Of a stretch of DNA of 34,838 bases, positions 1-9,118 are shown in pieces. Position 1 is the first letter of the stretch; each line of letters opens with the position of its first letter. The notes beneath the pieces are model-generated. The model worked only from the letters and a program-made list of their open reading frames with translations. It was not told the DNA's origin and ran no database searches. The stretch is from Pseudopedobacter sp. (lineage in GTDB: Bacteria; Bacteroidota; Bacteroidia; Sphingobacteriales; Sphingobacteriaceae): positions 1 to 34,838 of the forward strand of contig JACMNZ010000098.1 in NCBI GenBank assembly GCA_014378285.1, written 5' to 3'. The translations under genes were made by a program, and so were the position numbers.

Positions 1-2
1 TA

Positions 3-551
3 AGGACAAGACACATTCCTATCATATTACTTACTGCCAGAACAGGAGATTTGTATGAACTAGAGGGCTTGAAAACAGGTGCTGATGTTTACCTTACAAA
101 ACCTTTTAGCCTCCAAAAATTACAGTTTACAGTTCAAAACTTACTCAGTTTACAAAAAAGTATGCGAGAAAAGTTTTCTCATCATTTTACTGTAGAACCT
201 AGTTTAGCCAAAATAGAATCAACTGATGAGGACTTTTTAAATAAGGTTTTATTACTTTTAGAGCAAAACATTAATAACCCTGACTTTAATGTAAACCTTT
301 TTGCTTCGGAAATTGGTATGAGCACCCCTGTTTTTTATAAAAAGATATTTGCATTAACAGGCTTCACGGTTAATAATTTTATAAAATCTGTAAGATTAAA
401 AAGAGCGATGCAATTGATACAACAAAACGCAGGAAATGTTTCTGAAATTGCCTATCAGGTTGGCTTTAATGATGCTAAGTATTTTGGAAAAGAATTTCGT
501 AAGCAATATGGTAATTCACCATCTACGTTTGTCCAAAAAAACGGCTTTTAA
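3..551 (+). CDS. Hybrid two-component system (HTCS) regulator, C-terminal receiver + AraC-type HTH domains (5' end lies outside the window)
   Basis: The frame is open from the window edge: RTRHIPIILLTAR...EGLKTGADVYLTKPF (receiver end), then NPDFNVNLFASEIGMS..FYKKI and NVSEIAYQVGFNDAKYFGKEFRKQYGNSPS (AraC double HTH). It sits upstream of susC. The TTG at 51 in the ORF track is internal. Confidence 0.93.
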   Translation, partial: RTRHIPIILLTARTGDLYELEGLKTGADVYLTKPFSLQKLQFTVQNLLSLQKSMREKFSHHFTVEPSLAKIESTDEDFLNKVLLLLEQNINNPDFNVNLFASEIGMSTPVFYKKIFALTGFTVNNFIKSVRLKRAMQLIQQNAGNVSEIAYQVGFNDAKYFGKEFRKQYGNSPSTFVQKNGF

Positions 552-901
552 AGTTATCCATCTGTAAATATAGACTTAAAAACACATGAAAGGTCAAGCG
601 GTTCTCGAAACGGGGAAGGTAGGTTCTGATGTAATATCTTCACCAAATATGTTTTGATACAGGAGGCTTTTTTATGTGGTGAGCATCATTATAGTATTTA
701 TCGCCTTTTATTTGTACCTAATGTGAATTATTTAAGATAATTCTTTTTCTGATCTGCCTAAAATAGGTAACAGATTTTTATTTCGTTTTCCTCCATAAAG
801 TATCTATTGAAAAATTTTGTTTCAAATGCTAATAGAAAGAATAAGCATTTTGATCAACCTTTTTATCGCAGTAAACATTTGTTTAAATTAAAACAGTAAA
901 G

Positions 902-1655
902 GGTATTAGCGGTAGCGATGCTGTTAGTGGCAGAAGTAGTGGAGCAGGAGGAGCAGGTGCAAATGGCGGGCAGACGGAACAGCTGTAACAGCTGACGGGT
1001 TAGGTGTTGCCAAAATGGAACCAGGCGGAGGAGATAGTGGTGGCTTTGCTGCAACCAGTTCTCGTAAAGGTGGAGCAAGAACAACTGGGAGGGTAAGGTT
1101 AACTTATGGCACTGTTTTACCAGTTTCTTTAACTTTTTTTACTGCTCAATCTTCAGACTTTCAATTAAAATAGAGTACAGCATCAGAAACAAATAATTCT
1201 CATTTTGATATTCAAAGATCAACAGATGGCAATCAATTTTCTAACGTAGGTAAAGTAAATGGTGCGGGTAATAGTAAAGCTTTATTAGATTATTATTTTA
1301 CAGATAAAAGCGCAGCTACAGGCACAAATTACTACCGTTTAAACCAAGTAGATTTTGATGGGAAAGCTTCTGTATCAAAAGTTGTTTCAGCAAATATGAG
1401 TTTTAGCAATTCATTTATGCAAGTTTACTCTTTAATAAATTTATCAAATGTAAATATTTCCATTTCTACGGAAAAAGCCTCTAAAGGACAATTAATTATT
1501 TACAATGTTAATGGCAAAAGAGTTTTTGAACAGCCTGTATTTAAGTAAAGGAAATAATGATTTTTTAATCAATATGCAAAATATGGATAAAAGGTGTTTT
1601 TGTAGCTACTCACAATTCGGATTCGCAAATTTTTAAAACTAATTTTTTAAAATAG
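902..1655 (+). pseudogene. Decayed T9SS-secreted protein (Gly-rich region + 'LPV' Ig-like domain + type A C-terminal sorting domain)
   Basis: Manual translation gives GISGSDAVSGRSSGAGGAGANGG, a frameshift near 970, then ...GRVRLTYGTVLPVSLTFFTAQ..QLK*STASETNNSHFDIQRSTDG..VGKVNGAGNS..YYFTDK..NYYRLNQVDFDGK...LIIYNVNGKRVF. Further frameshifts near 1540 and 1590 lead to KGVFVATH..KTNFLK*. TAG at 1171-1173 replaces the usual Trp codon of the W-x-T-A-S-E motif. Confidence 0.85.
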
Positions 1656-2238
1656 TTTAATAGTCCGCAAAAATGATGATGGCGGGATTACCCTTGTGGA
1701 TATTCTGTTGATAGCAATGGAATTAAAGTTATGAATGATTATGGGGGGCAAACTAATTAACAGATTTTGAATAATTTACTTGACATTGCTTTTAAGTTTC
1801 TTTTTATCGGTTTCTGCATTGGTTGCAAAACTCTCTTTCTTTACAAACTAAAATATTAAGGCAGTCCCAAAATCTACTCCTATAAAAAAAGGCTTTAATG
1901 CGTTGTTATAATGCCAGCAATTCAGTTCGTTCTGGTTTGTATATTGTCGCTCTGTTATTTAATCATCAAAACTCAGTACAATCATATTTTTTGATTGGGT
2001 TAATTCCTGTATCTAAACCTTCGCATATTTTTATAAGAGTTTTTGTTATAAAAGCTACATAAGAGTTTCAAAGTTATTTTTCTCTTTTTTTATTGATTAT
2101 AAAGAACCCATTCCTGTGGTATAATAGTTAATCCTTATCAAATAATCAGCTTTTAAAATTTTAAAAGTATTAAAATCTTATCCTCTAATATTTAAAAAAA
2201 TTATTATTCATGTGCGTTACATGAGTAAAGAGATCAAT

Positions 2239-2302
2239 TTAAGATTTTACTCCTATTGTTTAAGATTTTATACTCTTGTTTAAGAACGGTAATATAACTT
2301 AG
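2239..2302 (+). promoter_or_regulatory. Candidate HTCS operator (direct repeats, 21-bp period) and -7 promoter element of susC1
   Basis: TTAAGATTTTACTCCT at 2239, TTAAGATTTTATACTC at 2260 and a partial TTAAGA at 2280, plus a related TTAAAATCTTATCCTC at 2170. TAACTTAG at 2295-2302 is one mismatch from the Bacteroidota TAnnTTTG -7 box. Confidence 0.6.
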
Positions 2303-2331
2303 TTGAACCAATTAATAAACTTTAAACTAAT

Positions 2332-5300
2332 ATGATGAAAAAAAATGTACTACAGGATTTTTTCCAAAAATTATTTTTCCGGCGGAGGCTCGTTCTTGTT
2401 TTATTAATTATTCCATTAATAGCCAACACAGTTACTGCTCAAACAATAAGTGTTTCGGGTGTTGTCAAAGATGAACAAGCTTTCCCTTTACCCGGTGTTG
2501 CAGTGTCTATTAAAGGCACAACCGGCGGCGCAGTTACTAACCAAAACGGTGAGTATAAATTAAACGTATCACCAACTGCAACACTTGTATTTAATTACTT
2601 GGGCTTTACTTCACAAGAAGTTGCTGTTAGCAATAGAACAAGTATTATGATAACCATGAGGGAGGATATTAGCAAACTGGACGAGGTTATTGTTGTGGGA
2701 TATGGAATACAGACTAAAAGAGAAATTGCAGGAGCTATAAGTTCTATTAGCGCAAAAACAATTGAAGAAAGGGTTCCTGTTTCAATTTTTGATGTTTTTC
2801 AAGGTGCAGCTGCTGGGGTCCGTGTGGCTAGTGATTCTGGTGCGCCGGGTGAAGAATCTTCCATTAATATACGAGGGGTTTCTTCTGTGTCCGAAGCTGG
2901 GGGTGTGCCTTTATATGTAGTTGATGGTATAATAGTGGACAATATTAATGGGATTAGTCCAAACGATATTCAGTCTATTGAGATTTTGAAAGACGCAGCT
3001 TCTGCAGCCATCTATGGAGCTCGTTCTGCAAATGGTGTTATTTTAATTTCAACAAAAAGAGGTGATGAAGGAAAGCCAAAAATTAACTTTGGTTACACAA
3101 ATAGTTATAGCAACTTGGCACACAAACTTCCTCAAGCTAATCGGTTAGTTAGAGAGGTTTATGATCAATCTACGCTCCCAACTCGATTTGGATTATATCC
3201 AGAACGTAATGATTCTACTGCTTATAACCGAAATAATGATTTTGATTACCAAGACTTAATTACAAAAACAGGCATAAGAAGCCAGTATGATTTAAATATC
3301 AGTGGAGGTAGTAAAAATCTTACATACTACACAGGTGTGCAATATTTAAACAATTCGGGCATCATACTGTCATCTGAAGAAAAAAGAGTTACTTTCAGAA
3401 CAAATGTCGATTATAAACCCAATCCTAAAACTCTTTTAGCTACTCGTTTAACATTTGGTTATACAGATGCGAATTTAATCAATGACGGAGAGAGTTTGTC
3501 TCAAGCGCTTCAACGCCCAGCTTTTCAGGCCCTATATCTGCCCGACGGTACTCCAATTTTTAATAATGGGGGACGTAGACATCCAATAGAGACAACAAGA
3601 TTAAGACAAGATAGAAGAGGGAGATATAATGGAGTAATTGGTCAAATTTTCGAATATGATCTTTCAAAAGCTATTCGTTTCCATGTTGACGGTTCGGCCA
3701 CGTTAGATTTTCGAAATAATAGACAATTTATTTCTGGTTTTCTAACCAATGCTCCTTCATTTGGCGCTGAAAGTATTGATAGGGTTTCCAGACTACAGTT
3801 TAACTCTTATGTTAATCTTAAAAAGACATTTAGTAAAGTCCATAATTTCACAGGGCAATTAGGTACATCGTATGATGGTTCTAATATGCGGTCCTTATCA
3901 GTTAGAGGAACAAATTTTGTAACAGAATCAGTTAATACATTAAACGCTATAAGCTTATTAAATCCAGCAGGAACAGGCTCAGATGGCTCTACTAGCGCTA
4001 TATTAGGTTTTTTTGCAAGAGCAGGTTATAACTACAAACAGCGGTACATTTTTAACGCAGTTATAAGAAGAGATGGTTCATCTAAATTTGGTGCAGATAA
4101 TCGCTTCGGTAACTTCCCTGCGTTTTCATCGGCCTGGAGGTTCACTGATGAGAAATTTATGGGCTTTGTTAAAAAAATATTAACTGATGGTAAGTTAAGA
4201 GCTACTTGGGGCATTCAAGGATCTGAGGGGAATTTGGGGAATTTTGCATCTAGAAACTTATTAGTTTTTGGAAGTACCTTTTATAATGGTGTTAGTGGAG
4301 TAATTACTAATCCTTTATTAGGTAATTCAAATTTGAAATGGGAAGAGCAAACACAATCTGATGTAGGTTTGGATTTACAGTTTTGGGGTGGTAGATTGTC
4401 ATTAGAAGCCTCTTATTATCAAAGGATTACAAAAGATTTAATTTCAAACAGTGCTTTTGAATTGCCTGCTGAAGTGGGAAGAACAAACAATGTTTTTTTA
4501 AATGCAGGAACCATTAGAAACAGAGGGGTAGAGCTTCAATTATCTGGTTTTCCTATCAGAAATACTTCAAAAAATATTAGTTTGAATACCAATTTGTTCT
4601 TAGGTTTTAATAGAAATAATATTACAGATTTACCAGGAGACGAAATAATAAGGAACAACCTATATATTGTAAGAGAAGGTCAGGAAGTTGGAAGGTTTTT
4701 TGGATATAGAAATTTAGGAATATATGCTTATGATGAATCTAATGCTTATACAGATAATTATACAACCAGATTAATACCTCAATTTCAAAGAGACCAAAAC
4801 GGAAATGTTGTTATCGGTAATAATTTAAAACCAGTATTTTTAGGTTATACTTTACCCAATGGAACACCTTATTCCGGCAACGTTAACAGGTTAACCACAT
4901 CAGGTGCTACTGCAAAAGCAGGTGACGTGATTTGGGAAAATTTACCAGATGCAAATGGTAATCTTAATGGTGATATCGGTATTGAGGACAGACAAATTTT
5001 AGGTTCAGGTCTACCTAAATTACAAGTTAGTTTAAATAACACTTTTACCTACAAAAGATTTACAGTTTCTGCATTTGTGTACGGAAGCTTTGGTAATAAA
5101 GTTTATAATAGTTTAGCTAGATCAGGTGCACAATTTAGCTCAGTAAACACTAGTCCTGATCCCTATGTCATATCAAATCTTTGGAAATACCCTGGTCAAA
5201 TTACCGATGTATACAGTAGAAACGGAGCATTAAATAATTCGAGACCAGGAAATAGCTTTTTCCTGGAAGACGGCTCTTTTATTCGCCTGCAAACAGTACG

Positions 5301-5511
5301 TTTGGGTTATCAAATCCCAGACAAGTATAGTAAAAAAGTATACATCAGTAATTTATCAATATTTGCGTTCAGTAATAATCTAGCTACTTGGACTAAATAT
5401 TCAGGATTTGATCCAGAAGTAGGTCAAAGAAATGTTTTAGAACCCGGAAATGATAATGGAAGGTTTCCAAGAAGAAGAGAATTTGGTTTTGGACTTAATG
5501 CTTCATTTTAA
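2332..5511 (+). CDS. susC: SusC/RagA family TonB-dependent outer-membrane transporter
   Basis: Signal peptide, carboxypeptidase-regulatory-like domain, LDEVIVVGYG, plug motif PLYVVDG..DIQSIEILKDAASAAIYGARSANGVILISTKRG, RRDGSSKFG, FLEDGSFIRLQTVRLGY, C-terminal Phe. It has no N-terminal STN domain. Confidence 0.97.
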   Translation: MMKKNVLQDFFQKLFFRRRLVLVLLIIPLIANTVTAQTISVSGVVKDEQAFPLPGVAVSIKGTTGGAVTNQNGEYKLNVSPTATLVFNYLGFTSQEVAVSNRTSIMITMREDISKLDEVIVVGYGIQTKREIAGAISSISAKTIEERVPVSIFDVFQGAAAGVRVASDSGAPGEESSINIRGVSSVSEAGGVPLYVVDGIIVDNINGISPNDIQSIEILKDAASAAIYGARSANGVILISTKRGDEGKPKINFGYTNSYSNLAHKLPQANRLVREVYDQSTLPTRFGLYPERNDSTAYNRNNDFDYQDLITKTGIRSQYDLNISGGSKNLTYYTGVQYLNNSGIILSSEEKRVTFRTNVDYKPNPKTLLATRLTFGYTDANLINDGESLSQALQRPAFQALYLPDGTPIFNNGGRRHPIETTRLRQDRRGRYNGVIGQIFEYDLSKAIRFHVDGSATLDFRNNRQFISGFLTNAPSFGAESIDRVSRLQFNSYVNLKKTFSKVHNFTGQLGTSYDGSNMRSLSVRGTNFVTESVNTLNAISLLNPAGTGSDGSTSAILGFFARAGYNYKQRYIFNAVIRRDGSSKFGADNRFGNFPAFSSAWRFTDEKFMGFVKKILTDGKLRATWGIQGSEGNLGNFASRNLLVFGSTFYNGVSGVITNPLLGNSNLKWEEQTQSDVGLDLQFWGGRLSLEASYYQRITKDLISNSAFELPAEVGRTNNVFLNAGTIRNRGVELQLSGFPIRNTSKNISLNTNLFLGFNRNNITDLPGDEIIRNNLYIVREGQEVGRFFGYRNLGIYAYDESNAYTDNYTTRLIPQFQRDQNGNVVIGNNLKPVFLGYTLPNGTPYSGNVNRLTTSGATAKAGDVIWENLPDANGNLNGDIGIEDRQILGSGLPKLQVSLNNTFTYKRFTVSAFVYGSFGNKVYNSLARSGAQFSSVNTSPDPYVISNLWKYPGQITDVYSRNGALNNSRPGNSFFLEDGSFIRLQTVRLGYQIPDKYSKKVYISNLSIFAFSNNLATWTKYSGFDPEVGQRNVLEPGNDNGRFPRRREFGFGLNASF

Positions 5512-5520
5512 TTAAAAGTT

Positions 5521-7086
5521 ATGAAAAAGAATATATATGTATTTGTGATACTTGCATTTTTCCTTGCAGGAGGCATAGCAAGCTGTAGTTTAATTGATAA
5601 AGATCCAGTATCTGAAATCGCTCCTGATAATTTTTTTAAGAATCGTAAAGATGCCGATGCTTTTATGGCGGGTATTTATAATTCTTTACAAGAAACTTTA
5701 CGTAGCAATTATTTTGATTGGGGCGAAGTTAGGTCGGATAACGTTCAAAATGCTGGAACTGGAACCGCTCAGGAAAAAGTGATAAATAATGTTCTAGCCG
5801 CTAATGATAATGACCTAAATGCGATTACGGATTGGAGTAATCTTTACCGGACAATTTCATTATGTAATTTTGCAATTGAAAAATTTCCGGATTTGATAGA
5901 GAGGAATGTTGATGCAAGCGAAGCTCAATACAGAGATCAACTAGGACAAGCATATGCACTTAGAGGGCTACTATATTTTTATGCCTTAAGGGTTTGGGGA
6001 GGTACTCCAATTGTAAATGATGTTATTGTTAATGTTAATCAACGGTTAAGTTTTCCGAGAGCAACTGTAGCACAAATGAAAATTCAGATTTTAGGTGACA
6101 TAGATAATGCAACTGCAATAATTGGTAACAGTACAACAAAAAAATTTTATATCCAAAGAGGTGGTGTATTTGCATTAAAAACTGATGTGCATATGTGGTT
6201 TCAAGAATATCCTGAAGCTATACAGGCTTCAAACAATTTAACAGGTTACAGTTACATAACAAATCCATCACAATGGAAACAAATCTTTACTGTACCTGAA
6301 GGTTCAAATGAAACTATTTTTAATATGTTTTGGAATTCAGTTGAAGCTGGTAACAGAGGCGTTGCGGTATGTCAAAAATTAGGAGCTTTTGGTAATACTA
6401 GCCAGTATAGAATTGCGCCTAAGGTTGTACAGCCCTATTACAATAGATTTAATACGGGAACTACAAAAAAATCAGATGCTCGTTTATGGCTTTCTATAGA
6501 TACCGTTCTGTACCCAACGTTAGACCTTTTTGCAACTGCTGCTTCAAACACTATTCAGTATGGTAAGTTTATGGATATTAGCCCAATTGATGGTCGATTT
6601 GCATATAGTACGCAGCAGGAGTGTAGTGTTAAAGTGCCTATATATCGATTTGCTGACGTGATGTTGTTAAGAGCAGAAGCCTTGGCCCGGACATATAGTT
6701 TTCAACAAGCCTTAGATATTGTTAATGCAATAAGAAGTAGAGTGGGTTATAATGTTAAAGCTGTATTAGCAGATTATACCGGAACGCAAGAACAAAAAGC
6801 AATAGCTATTCAAAGAACCGTTCTACAAGAGCGCCAATTAGAGTTAGTTGGAGAAGGCAAAAGATGGTTTGACTTATGTAGAATTGGAAGAACTTACGAT
6901 TATACCTTAAATGGTTATGACTTTTTAAGAGAAGTAATGAACCCAATTTTAACTGCTAGGGGAGCAGATGCTGTAGCCTATAATAGTGATTTAAATATGG
7001 GCAGAATTTTGTATCCTATAAACTCTGATGTAATTAATGCGAACCCGCTCTTAAGAGGTAAGCAAAACCCTCCATATTCTGAGTAA
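5521..7086 (+). CDS. susD: SusD/RagB family glycan-binding lipoprotein
   Basis: Lipobox IASC, AYALRGLLYFYALRVWGGTP, PIYRFADVMLLRAEA, ERQLELVGEGKRWFDL, YPI..QNPPY. It lies directly after susC. Confidence 0.96.
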   Translation: MKKNIYVFVILAFFLAGGIASCSLIDKDPVSEIAPDNFFKNRKDADAFMAGIYNSLQETLRSNYFDWGEVRSDNVQNAGTGTAQEKVINNVLAANDNDLNAITDWSNLYRTISLCNFAIEKFPDLIERNVDASEAQYRDQLGQAYALRGLLYFYALRVWGGTPIVNDVIVNVNQRLSFPRATVAQMKIQILGDIDNATAIIGNSTTKKFYIQRGGVFALKTDVHMWFQEYPEAIQASNNLTGYSYITNPSQWKQIFTVPEGSNETIFNMFWNSVEAGNRGVAVCQKLGAFGNTSQYRIAPKVVQPYYNRFNTGTTKKSDARLWLSIDTVLYPTLDLFATAASNTIQYGKFMDISPIDGRFAYSTQQECSVKVPIYRFADVMLLRAEALARTYSFQQALDIVNAIRSRVGYNVKAVLADYTGTQEQKAIAIQRTVLQERQLELVGEGKRWFDLCRIGRTYDYTLNGYDFLREVMNPILTARGADAVAYNSDLNMGRILYPINSDVINANPLLRGKQNPPYSE

Positions 7087-7105
7087 TAACTTAAAATACA
7101 TTAAA

Positions 7106-7798
7106 ATGATGAAATCGAAAAATATATTTGTTGTTGCTTTAGCAGTTATTACTGTGATTTTGACAGCATGCGAAAAATTACCATTACAAAAAACAAAGAA
7201 GTATGAAACCTCTTTTTTTCAAAATAACCTAAATAAATCAGTTTTAGATTTTATGGAATCTCGTACTGATATATTTACTGGGATGTTAGATGCTATAGAT
7301 TATGTAGATGAAGATCCTGCATTTAATGATGTAAAAAAAGCATTCCAATCAGATGGGAATACGTTTCTGCTATTGGCAGATCAAGCAACAATCGCTTTAC
7401 CTTCAACAGTAAGTTATTTTGGTGTTAACCTGGTTGATGATGATAATAACCCGGTAACACCTATGACTGCCGCAACATCTTGGAGACAATACCCAAGAGA
7501 GCAAATTGCTAACCTATTAAGATATCATATTGTGAAAGGAAAAAGGGATTTTCCGAACTTAACATCCACGGCTAGATGGTTTGATACCTTTGCAATTAGT
7601 GCTACAAATGACTCAGCGAAAGTCAGAATATTTATGACTAATGATAGGGATGGTGGTATACGTATAAATGATTATTTGGGAGCACCCGCAGTATCATTAC
7701 CAAGAACACCAAATTTATATGCTACAAACGGAGTTGTACATGTATTAAATGTGTTTTTAAGACAACCAACAAGATTAGCAATTACAAATAACCGTTAA
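7106..7798 (+). CDS. Fasciclin (FAS1) domain lipoprotein
   Basis: Lipobox LTAC. FAS1-type segments GNTFLLLAD (H1-like), LLRYHIVKG (YH motif) and NLYATNGVVHVLN (H2). Confidence 0.85.
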   Translation: MMKSKNIFVVALAVITVILTACEKLPLQKTKKYETSFFQNNLNKSVLDFMESRTDIFTGMLDAIDYVDEDPAFNDVKKAFQSDGNTFLLLADQATIALPSTVSYFGVNLVDDDNNPVTPMTAATSWRQYPREQIANLLRYHIVKGKRDFPNLTSTARWFDTFAISATNDSAKVRIFMTNDRDGGIRINDYLGAPAVSLPRTPNLYATNGVVHVLNVFLRQPTRLAITNNR

Positions 7799-7810
7799 AC
7801 AATTACAACG

Positions 7811-8923
7811 ATGAAGATATTTAAATTATTTATGTATGTAGTTGCTTCTGGTATTGTTTTTACCAGTTGCAAAAAAGATCCAGAAATTGAATTGGTTTCC
7901 CTTAATAAAATAGGTGAAGAACATTACTTTGGAGAGAAAGTATTAATGTGGGCAAGCACTGAAGGCGATAAGAAGGACATGACTTATGAGTGGACTACTA
8001 CAGGTGGTACATTTGAGGGTGCTAGAACGCAAGATCGATTTGAAAATGTATGGATAGCACCAACTCAAGTTGGCCAATTTGATGTAAGTATCACAGCTAA
8101 AAATGGGAAAAGCAGTTCAACAAAAACATCAACTTTGAATGTGACGAGGTACTTTTTTGATCATTTTCAGAGTCCAAATATTTTTGCCGGAAACGGATGG
8201 CCGGGCTGGGCTACAAATAATATCATATTTAGTCAACGTAATAGTGATGACAAACTTACTAGTAGTTTACGCATTTCTCCTTCTAGGGTAAATAACAGTA
8301 ATATTGATGTAAACGTAAGAAAAGTGCTTAATTCTGCAGAGTTAAAAATCCCTTTTTCTGTGCGGGCAAAAATGGGCTTTGATACTTATTTTAAACCTGA
8401 CGCTTCTTTTTGTATTTCACTAACATTTCGCCAACCAAGGGCAAATCCAGAAAGACCATTCATCCGAGAGATAAGATGGGAGGTTTTTCCTTCACCATCC
8501 AATACTACATCTGCAAATTTCCAAATAAGGTATGAAGTTTTTACACCTTCAAAAAATCTAAGTGTATTTAGCACCAATACAGGTGTTTATCCAGCTGCAG
8601 GCCCATTAATAAATCCAATTACAGGTAGAAATAATGCCTTATTTACAATGACCTCCAACGTAGCAAAGAATTTTACTTTTTCAATGGAGGCTGATGAAAC
8701 TTTTGTAACGCATGTTAATGGAGTGGAGTGGTTTAGATCCGCAGGAATCAAAAACTGGTTGACTGCAGCTCGAGCTCAATATCCCGGTTTTGAAGCTCCT
8801 GTTGCAAATGAATTTAGGATTTTAATGCCCGGTAGGGCGGCAAGCACCTTACCAGTTAGCCAATTATTTATGAATAGTGTTTACATTAATAATGATGGAA
8901 CAATTTTAAATAGTCCTATATAA
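7811..8923 (+). CDS. Uncharacterised lipoprotein, probable surface glycan-binding protein (N-terminal PKD/Ig-like module)
   Basis: Lipobox FTSC followed by KKDPE (export-signal-like). TYEWTTTGG..WIAP..GQFDVSITA resembles a PKD/Ig-like beta sandwich. It occupies the SusE/F-like position. Confidence 0.7.
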   Translation: MKIFKLFMYVVASGIVFTSCKKDPEIELVSLNKIGEEHYFGEKVLMWASTEGDKKDMTYEWTTTGGTFEGARTQDRFENVWIAPTQVGQFDVSITAKNGKSSSTKTSTLNVTRYFFDHFQSPNIFAGNGWPGWATNNIIFSQRNSDDKLTSSLRISPSRVNNSNIDVNVRKVLNSAELKIPFSVRAKMGFDTYFKPDASFCISLTFRQPRANPERPFIREIRWEVFPSPSNTTSANFQIRYEVFTPSKNLSVFSTNTGVYPAAGPLINPITGRNNALFTMTSNVAKNFTFSMEADETFVTHVNGVEWFRSAGIKNWLTAARAQYPGFEAPVANEFRILMPGRAASTLPVSQLFMNSVYINNDGTILNSPI

Positions 8924-8943
8924 AAATATCATATTATTTTAAT

Positions 8944-8982
8944 AAAAATGGGTAATCCTTTTACGGGGTTATCTATTTTTTT
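8944..8982 (+). terminator. Intrinsic terminator/attenuator after the transport module
   Basis: AAAAATGGGTAATCCT / GGGGTTATCTATTTTT stem with several G-U pairs, followed by a T run, 20 nt after the stop at 8923. Confidence 0.6.
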
Positions 8983-9118
8983 CTTGTATGATGCACATGA
9001 ATATTTCCATCATATAATGCTTAAATTTTAAATAACTGTTTAACTGATAGTTACATCAGTAAATTTTTAAATTAATCAGTTATTAATATTCTTTCATGAT
9101 TACAATTGATGTTAAGAT

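Noticed and set aside
863-1084. 73-aa minus-strand ORF
   Set aside because: It is the antisense shadow of the Gly-rich part of the + strand T9SS pseudogene and has no protein-like features.
1171-1173. Stop-codon reassignment or readthrough as an explanation for the in-frame stops (TAG 1171, TGA 26068, TAA 33872, TAA 34813)
   Set aside because: Three different stop codons are involved, most alongside frameshifts or truncations, and intact genes end normally on TAA, TAG and TGA. This is decay or error, not recoding.
1780-2060. Short minus-strand peptides (FVKKESFATNAETDKKKLKSNVK; KTLIKICEGLDTG, faintly XRE-HTH-like)
   Set aside because: They are too short and interrupted to assign without a database search.
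2239-2290. Repeats as a mini-CRISPR or tandem repeat
   Set aside because: The units are about 10-16 bp with about 21-bp period, there are no spacer-length unique sequences, and there are no cas genes. An operator fits better.
9043-9060. ACTGAT-N6-ATCAGT palindrome upstream of the first sulfatase
   Set aside because: A 6-bp arm in AT-rich DNA that I did not see repeated elsewhere is compatible with chance.
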